Origin: Euglena gracilis
Lineage: Eukaryota
Assembly: GCA_039621445.1 (NCBI GenBank)
Contig: CP154954.1
Span: 43,026,632-43,090,631, forward strand
Direction of reading: 5' to 3'
DNA length: 64,000 nt
Shown: one piece after another, positions 1 to 9,000 of the stretch
How positions within the stretch are numbered: position 1 is the first letter of the stretch
How the letters are laid out: every line of letters begins with the position of its first letter
Made by a program: the position numbers and the translations under genes
The notes under the pieces: generated by a model
Database searches by the model: none
Told to the model about the DNA's origin: nothing
Seen by the model: the letters and a program-made list of their open reading frames with translations, nothing else

Positions 1-3000
1 TCCACCTCGGTGGACAGCGCCAGAGGAATATTTTCCCTGGTGGGGGGGGGACCCCGGACCCCCCCCCCCCGTGGGGTACCTGCGGCTTTTTTCCAGTGCC
101 CAGCAGCGTGGCTCTGGCCTAATGACCCCCCCCGGGGGCTTTAGGCAAGAGCCTGATTGCCCAATCCAATCTTTCCAATCCGATTGGCACACGCCGCCGC
201 CGCCGTGGGGCCAACCACGCGGTGACGGTGGTGGGCTGGGGCGTGCAGAACAACGTGGGCTACTGGATCGTGCGCAACTCCTGGGGCCCGAACTGGGGCG
301 AGGGGGGCTACATGCGCATCAAGTGGGGCATCTGCAAGGTCGGCAAGTACGCCAACTTCATCGTGCAGCCCCACGGTGTGCCAGGCCTGTCCCTTGCCAT
401 TGGAATACCCTCCCACACCAGACTCCCGACGGAGGTCGTCATCTCTGCTGCCTTGAGCTGGAAAGGCTCATACGTTAGTGACAAAAACAGAGATTTGACG
501 ATCTTAAAATATGGCTTTTTGGAAAAGGTGTTAGCTGTTTCATTGTTTGGCATCGCAATAACAATATTATCGACCCGGGGGGTCCAGCCGGCTGGATGTA
601 AAAAGTTGCTGGCGCTGGATGGATCTCCGCTTGGGGATGGGAGATTCGGGGGGGGGTTCTTGCCAGCTGATGCCCAAAAATACAAAAAATAGGCAAAAGG
701 TGCTCATTTCCAGCTGGCATGGAGCTTTTCACCCAAAGATTTGAGGCGAAACCCCCCAAGCCCCTTAAAAAAAAAACATTTTTGGCCATCGTTGTTATTT
801 CGGTCCAGTCCAGCTGTTCCAGGCTGGCCAACGTTTTGCGTTCCACCCAACCCCCTCCCCGGGTCCACAGACCAGGAACCAGGTGCTGATTGAATGGACC
901 CCCCGCTCTCAGGGTGTTCAGTGAGCGTTGTTTTTTTACATGGGGGGATCTCCGACCACACCCCCCAGTCTGACCTCCCCCTCAAATAAATTCTTCCCCA
1001 GCGCTTTGCGAAGGAAACCTGCGTTTTCATCATATGGAGTGTCAATCACCTGATACCACAACTTTGGGCACTTTTTGAAGCCCCTGATTTTTTTCTGGTT
1101 TTTCTGGCTTTTTTGTTGGGGTTTTTCCCCTGGAAGGAGGAGGGGGTTCGATTCCCTCCCTCCCCCCCCTGTGTGCGCTGTGGCCCTTTGTTTAGTGCCT
1201 TTCATCCCTTCTTCTGGCACTGGCGCTGGCATTGGCCCTTTTGTCTGTGTGCGTGAAGGTGGTCAGAGCCTGGCAGGATGTACCTTCTTTACGACTCCTG
1301 CCACCAAGCGCCCGCCAGGCACAAACTCAACTTTAGTTACCCCCTCCCCCCCAATCAAGAGGATTGAAGGAAGGGGAGGGGGGAACCATCCCCCTCCACC
1401 TTCATAGAATTTCACCCCCTCACAATTTCACAATTTCACATTTCTCGCTTTCACAATCAGCACACATTGCACGGAGCTGGCTCAAATCCACAATTGAGGG
1501 AGGATTCTCCCCGTCCGTCGAACGGTCAACGTTACAACTTATCTCCGGAAATCGTTTTCAATTTCAGTTTTTTTGAAAGTTAAAAAAAAATGTCTATGGA
1601 AAAGTTGCCAACATGAAATGTCACATGATGTTCTCTGTCTTTGTCCCTGAGTTGAGGAGAGAGGGGGGTCGAGGATGGATGTTTTTTAATCTCTCAAAAA
1701 ATATGCCGGTGCCGCCAGAACACACACATGCAGGGAGACAGACACAACACATACACACACACACACCACACACACACCACACACACAAACACACACACAC
1801 ACACACAACACACACACACAAACACAACACACACAACACAACACACACACAACACACACACACACACACACACAACACACACACACACACACACACAACA
1901 CAACACACACACACACAACACACACACACAACACACACACACACACAACACACACACACACACACACACGCGTATGAGCGTGCGCGCAGACAGACACACA
2001 ACACACACACAACACACACACACACACACAACACACGCGCACGCGCACACACACACACAACACAACACAACACAACACAACACAACACAACACAACACAC
2101 ACACACACACACAACACACACCTGCAACCTGGCTGAAACCCCCATATTCCGAGATCTGCGCCCATCGCCACGTAGCCCGACCTCTCCCCGCGTCGTCCCT
2201 CGTCTCACAGCTGCACTCGGGGGCCGGCGGCTCATGCCCGACCTCGTCGCCCAGGCGGCGCCCGCTGCGGACTCTGTCGACGCGGCGGAGGCCGGGGTGG
2301 CCGTCGCTGCAGGCAACGTCTCCCCTCGCCCCGCGGTGGGAGTGGTCGGGCTGGTGGGGGCCAGGGCCTCGCCTGGCAGCTGCACCCGAGTTTTGGACCG
2401 TGGCTGCCCAGCCAAGTGCAGTCGACCCCCCTCCCCCCGTATGTAGTTCCTGCCTGCCGGTTGTCCGGCACTGAAGGTCATCCCAATGCCCTGGGTTGGT
2501 CGACTTCAGCCTGGGTGGGTTGGCTGTATGGGTGAATGGCACGCCCACCCACCCCACCCCCATGGTGGTGGGGCGGGGGGGGGGGTCCGACCCCCCCCCC
2601 CGGGCTTTTCAGTACAGCCCTGGCGCCTCCCCTCCCCCACTGAAGGTTGGCCTTGGCCATCACCTCCCTGTTCTGCGGCAGCGACCACCGCCCAGCGGGG
2701 GCGACGGGGACGGGAGAGGGGAGGAGGTCCGCCCCCCCCGCCATCCCCGGGGCCCTGCGGGTGGCGGCGGCGGCGCTGCTGGCGGTGCCGGCGGTGGTGC
2801 TGGCGCTGCTGCGGCACAGCGGCCCCCGGCCCCCCGCCCTCACCGCCCCCGCCCCCAATGCCCTCGAGCTGGAGGCCCCGGGGCAGGCCGACACACTGTC
2901 GCTCCCCGCCCCGGCGCCGCCCCGAGCCCCCCCACCTTGCTCTATCTTTTGTCCATCTTTTGACCAAAGAATCCATGTGACACACAGTACCGTGTGACTG

Positions 3001-6000
3001 GGTTGATCCCTTTCATTGTTGATGACAAAAAAGCTGAATTCCGATCTTTCTCCCCGGCACGAATTTGACCCAGCTGAGCAGACCAGCCCTGTGATGGCAA
3101 ACGATGCATGTCCCCCAGTAGAGGCCCCCCCGAACAAGGCACCGATTAAAATAGCTTTATTCGGCGTAAATGACCCAAATGGCCCATAAAAATCTGGGGA
3201 AATATCGGGCTTAGATATAGGTGATGCCCTCGACCGAGAATGCCCAAGTCCAGAGTCGTCAAAAGGAGCCTGGGGGGGTGGGGTCGGCATGAACCATTGT
3301 ATTCACCCCCACCTCTCCGGTTCGCCCGTTTCATTTCCGGGCCCGCCGTTGGACGCCACGGCACTCCCCCCCCCCGGAGTGGATGGCAGAACACCCCCCA
3401 CCCCCTGGCCGGGGGCCACGCCGGGCCCCGGCAGTCCACTGCTGCCCCCGCCTGCCACGTCCTCCGCCAGCCCCTGGGCCGCGTTTGGAAGCCGCGCTAG
3501 CGGCTTGGTTCGATCGGAGCCCCTCCTCCTGATGTTGACCGAATTGGACTCCACCGACACGCTCCGATTGCTGGGGACCCCTGTCCCTGCCTCGTTCGAC
3601 CCCGACGCCTGCGTGGTGCTGCCTCCCACTGCGGTGGCCTGGGCCCTCAGCCACAAGGCCCGCAACCGGCTGCAGCACGCGCTCAACGGCAACCCACCCC
3701 CGCCGCAACGCCCCGGCCTCCACGACCGGCAGCAGCTGCAGAAGCTGCAGGAGGCGGGCAAGCTGCGTGCGGGTGGTTGGACGCTTCCCGCCGACGTCGA
3801 CAACAAGCTGCCGGTGCGGGTGTACGACACCCGCATCCCGAAGGAGTGGCTGCTGCAGCTGGCAGCCGACCTCCGACGCCTGGACGAGTCCGACCAGGCT
3901 TGGGTGGTGGGAGGCGATTTCGCCTCGGGTGCCGACCTGACCGATGCGGACGTCGCGGCGTGCCCCGACTCGAAGCGATGGTCCGACGAGCCCCGCCACC
4001 TGGTGATCCCGCCGCGACCTCACCTGCGGGAGCTGGTCTTGGCCCTGCGGCGCCGCGCCGAGGTGGAACACCCAGCGTCGCTGATCTCCTTGGCGGTCCT
4101 CGTTGATCGCTACCGGTGCCCTGCCGATTTGGACGTGGCCGCCTTGCGCCCCCTGCTTGGAGAGGCTGCCGCCCTGTTCGATGACCCCCGCTTGCAGGTG
4201 GAGGTGGTGGCCTTGGCTGAGCGTGCGCCGGTGCTGCGCATCCCCGCCATGGTGAAGCGCTTGCCACCTGAGGAGTGGGAGCCGGGGTTCCTGCCCCGCA
4301 GTCAAGTGCTGCTCTTCCTCAACCTGCGGTGCCCCGCGGCTGGAGTGGAGGTGGCCAACCGCTGGGTGCGGGGGGCTCTCCCCGACCCGGAGCCGAGCGG
4401 CTTGGAGCTGCTGCGGGTGGAGTTCCAGCTGCCACCGACAGTGCGGCAACGGAATGCGGAGCGTGAGCTGCGGCGCGCGCTGGGCAAGGTGGCTGGCGCG
4501 GTGGGTGTGGTGTTCGGGGCGGCCCATCGCGTGCAGGGTCTGCAGACCCTTCACAGTGGCGAGGTCCTCGCCATCCTCGTCGTGCCGCGGGCGGAAGCGC
4601 TGCAGTGGATGCGCGGCAGCGGCAGTGGCGGCCTGTTCATTCGGCCGTTCTGGACGAAGGAGACGGCACCGGCTTTGCAGCGGGAGCAGTTCAACCTGCT
4701 GTACCTGCGAGGCCGGAGGGCAGATGCCGCAGCGCTGTGGGACGCCCTTCACGACGTGCCGGGCGTCGTCGGTCTTCTTCCTGCGGAGAAGGACCTCGCG
4801 GTGCGGATCAGCGTGCGGGGTGGCGCAGACCCTGCGGTCATCCAGGGGAAGGTCCGCGCGGTGCTGAACGACCCCAAGGCGGCCCTGCGGCAGCCCACAC
4901 CCGGGGCATCATGGTGGAGGCTGGGACCCCTGTCCGACGCCGACGTCTTCCGAGTGCGGGAGCTCATTGCGGCGGTGGGCTTGGACCCTCTCCGGGGTGA
5001 GGTGCGCCTCGGTGCTGCGGGGCCATTCCGACGGGTGGCCTTCTTCCAAGCGGCTGGGCAGCCCACGCGGACCTCCCTGGACGATGGTGGCTGGGGGCAG
5101 AGGTCCTGCAGCGCGCAATTGACTCCGGCCAGTCCTCCCCAGCGACGCCCGCCGACCGCAGGCACTCCATCAACTGCCCGGCCTGCTCCCTCGCGGCTCT
5201 CTTCGGCACCTGGCCTGCCGTCCTCGTCGACCTGGGGTGGTGCGCGGAAGACTCCCGCTCCACAGCAGCCCCCCGCCGCTGATCTTCGACAGCCACCTCC
5301 GTCGCAGCCATCGCGGGCGCCACGTCCACCAAACTCCAGCCAATCCCCGAGACCCCGCGCCAGCACCGGGCTCCCGGGCTGCACGGCGTGCGGCCCTCAA
5401 GGCGTCGTCGGCAGAGATCGTTCCCTTCGGGGTACCTGCTGCCTCATCGTCGTCTCCCATGGAGGCTGTGCTGGCGGAGATGCGGGCTCTGCGCCAAGCC
5501 ATGGAGCGGCAGCAGTGGCAGTTGGAAGAGCTGCGCCGTGAGAACGCCGACCTGCGGGCCCAGCTTGCAGCGACGCGACACGGACCTGCAGTGGGGCACG
5601 CCGCGTCTTTTCAGCATCAGCCGTACGCTCTTCCGTCGCCAGCTGGTGCCCCTGTTCCTCATCAGCTGCGTTGTGCGGAGCTGCTGAGCCAGGATGAGCG
5701 GGTGGCGGCCGAGCTTGCAGCAGCCCCGTCGACTCCTCGAGGGCATGCTGCAGTCCCTGGTGGTGCGCAGCCGATGGACGGCCCGGAGGAGGACAGCCGC
5801 GGCCGTACTCGGGATGTGGGAGAGCTCACTCCGGAGAAGCCGGCGCTGAAGAAGCCAGCGCGTGCTGCCTCGGAGGGGGCGCGGCGCGATGCCTGAGAGC
5901 GTGCTGTTGGGGGCTGCTGCCCCCCCTGGAGGAGTCCCGGCCTCGGTGCTGCGGGTCGGGACTTGGAACATGAGCCACTGGACGGCTGCAAAGGTGTCCA

Positions 6001-9000
6001 TGGTGGCTGCTTTGGTGTCGGCTGACGTGCTGGCGGTACAGGAGACGCACCTGGCGCAGGTGCCGCTGCTCTCCGCCCACACGACAGCGGCAAATGCTGG
6101 TCTTCATCTGCACCATGGGCGTCCTGTGCAGACCACCAACCGCTCCGAGCACGGGAAGTCTTGCGGCGTGGGCTTCCTCTGGCGCCAGGGCATCGCCGTC
6201 CTCCCCGCCATGCCGGCCTGCCCCGCGTGGCGTCGCCTGCACGCGATGCGACGACTGCATGGAGTTCGTCTCGCCCCACGTCCCGGACTGCCGCTAGGGC
6301 TGCTCTTGCTGTCCGTCTACGCGCCACTCGCACACCAAGCAGAGCGCCGCCCCTTCGACCTGGAGTTCGCAGCGCTGGTCTTCGCCCTGGACATGCAGGT
6401 GCCCACGCTGCTGCTGGGCGACTTCAACGGATCCCTGAGCCCGGCAACCGATTTCCTCAACTCTGGTCGCCGCCCTCCTTGCGGCCTGCTCGCCGATCTC
6501 CTTGGCCCTGGTCGTCCCTGGGTGGATGTTCATCGAGTGCTGCTGCCGGCGCCACTGCCCTTCACATACCACCAGCCTGGCTCCGGTGGATCGACAATGG
6601 CATCACGGATCGATCTGGTCCTGGCCAACATCGCGGCGATGAGGCTGGTCCGGGAGGCCTCCGTGCTCGAGGGGCTCGCAGATGGCGGCCACTGCCCTGT
6701 GCTGGTGTCCTTGTCCCTCGACGCGGGCCGCATCGATTGGCAGCCGCCTCGCCCTCGCCCCCCACCGCTGCTCTACGAGGCCTCCTCCGACCTCGCGTCT
6801 TCGGCCCAGTGGTCCGACCTCGTGGAGCGCTGGCTGCTCTCCCCGGCTGTCGTGGCACTCCATCCCCAACCTGGCGAGTCGCTCGACTCCCTCGCGGCTG
6901 CTCTCCGTGCGGCGTTGGAGCACCTGGTGTCGCTGGCTGGCGGCTGGACTGTGCGGCCCCGCAAGCGGCGCTTGGCGTACGACTCCAAGGAGGTGCGCTG
7001 CCTCCGCGGCCAGCTGGATGTCCTTCACCGCCTTGCTGCGCAGTGCCGCCGCGCGTTGCTGGGTGCCTCGTCTCCCGGCTGCTGGCCACACCACTGGATG
7101 GCTCTGCTCGATGACCTGGAGCGCCGTGGGGTGGCCCTGCCGCGGGATGTGCCGGTGGCTGTGCTGGCAGCGGCAGTGCAGAACGCCATCTCTGCCCGAC
7201 TCCCAGACCTGCAAGCCCTCCTGCGGCGTCATCGGGCGGAGCGTTGCAAGCGGTTCAAGGCTGCGCTGCCCCGCTTGTGGAAGGAGGACCTGGGCGTGAT
7301 CCAACGGTGGCTGCAGACCCCTGGGGTGCCGTGGGGCTCGCGCCCTGTCCTGGACGCCTTGGGGCAGCAGTGCCTCACCGCGGCGGCTGTGGATGGGGCT
7401 GTGCGCGCCTTCTGGGTCGACCAGGTGCTGCGGCAACATGCGGGGCTAGATGAAGAGGAGCGCTGGAGGGCGTTCATCGGCTCCCGCTTCGGTACCTACA
7501 TTCCCGTCACCACATGGCCCTCCTCGCCCTGGACTGCAGCGCGGGTGTCTGCGGCCCTGCGTTCGATGCGGGAAGGTGCTGCGCCGGGTCTGGCCGGGGT
7601 CCCCATCGCGGTGTGGAGGTCGCTGCCACCTCCGTGGCCGGAGGCTGTCGCGCGTCTGCTGACGCTCGTGCAGGCACAGCAGCGCTGGCCATCCTGCTGG
7701 CTCGATGCCTACGTGGCTATGATCCCCAAGGCGTCCGGCGGTGCGCGCCCACAAGACCAACGCCCCATCACGGTCCTCGAGGTCCTGTACCGGCTGTGGG
7801 CGAAGGGGATCGTGACCACCTGGACACCAACTCTGCAGAACGTCTTCCTCTCGGATACCGCCTTCGGCTTCCGCGCTGGCCGCGGTACTTTACACGCAGC
7901 GCAAGTGGTGCAAGACATCATGCGCCTGCAGCGCCACCGCCGCGCGGAGCTGTGGGTGGCCTCCTTCGACCTGGCGAAGTGCTACGACAGCTTGCCGTGG
8001 TGGGCTGTGTTCCGGGTGTTGCGGCAGTCGGGCGTGACAGAGGACGTGGTGGCCACATTCGCCGCGTTCTACCGGGACGTGCGCAGGCGGTTCCGCTATG
8101 GCACCGTCTTCGGCGAGCCGTGGCAGGCGTGCAACGGCCTCGCGCAGGGCTGCCCGGCAAGCCCCGACTTGCTGAACATCCTGTTCGAGACCTTCCATCG
8201 GTGGGCAACCGCTCAGCGCCTGGGGGTGGATGTTGCGGGCCTCCACGTGGCATCCGTCAGCTTCGCCGACGACCTGGTGCTGCTGGCCCCATCCCAACCG
8301 GCTGTGGAGGCGCTGATCGCGGCGTACCTGGAGTGGTGCGCATTGCTGGGCGTGAAGGTCACGAAGGTCCAGGTCTGGTCCACGCTGGGCCCGGGGCAGG
8401 CCGTGTCCATCGGCGACTCCTCCGTCCTGACCACGGCCGAGTTCCGCTTCGTCGGGGTGGAGCTGGGTCTGCCCAACCGGACGGGGGACTCCGCGCATTG
8501 GCTGCCCAGGCTGGACAAGGCGCTGTCCGCTGCTCAACGACTGCGTAGCCTCCCGCTGCCCGCCGCCCTGAACGCGGTTCTGTGGCGGACGACGGTGCTG
8601 CCCAAGGCCCTCTACGGCTGTGAGCTGCGCAATATCACGGCCGCACAGCTGGCCCCGCTGGTGGCTGCGGCGAAGTCTGCAGTGTGCACCAAGCCGCCGC
8701 TGACGCTGAATGCCTGGAACGCCCCGGAGGTGGCGCTGGGCTGGCCGCTGGGGGACTCCGCGCCGCTGCACCCCATGGCCTTCACCCGCCTGCTCCAACT
8801 GCGCTGGCTGCACCTCCTGGCGAACGGTGAGGGCATCGCGAGCATCATCCACCGGGCTGTGGCCTGCCCTTCCATGGTGTGGCGCGAGCCCTCCCTGGCG
8901 CTGCGGTCCGCTCTGGCGGCGGTGGGCTGGTCCATCGAGCGGAACACGCAGTGCAGTCGATCCGCCTCCTGGCCGCGGTTGCTCCCGGAGCCGTCACTGA

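Noticed and set aside
222-692. Single-exon 156-aa ORF
   Set aside because: Only the first ~54 codons are protease; the rest is intron read-through, as the paralog diverges at the same point.
1613-2474. Long His/Thr- and Cys/Val-rich ORFs here and at ~20.6k, 23.6k, 44.7k, 48.2k, 51.2k, 54k, 55.5k and 62.5k
   Set aside because: They are translations of (CA)n/(TG)n microsatellites, not genes.
3507-3517. GGTTCGATC resembling a Pol III B-box or tRNA T-loop
   Set aside because: No cloverleaf or clear A-box; better explained by pairing with the element's 3' end, though an internal promoter cannot be excluded.
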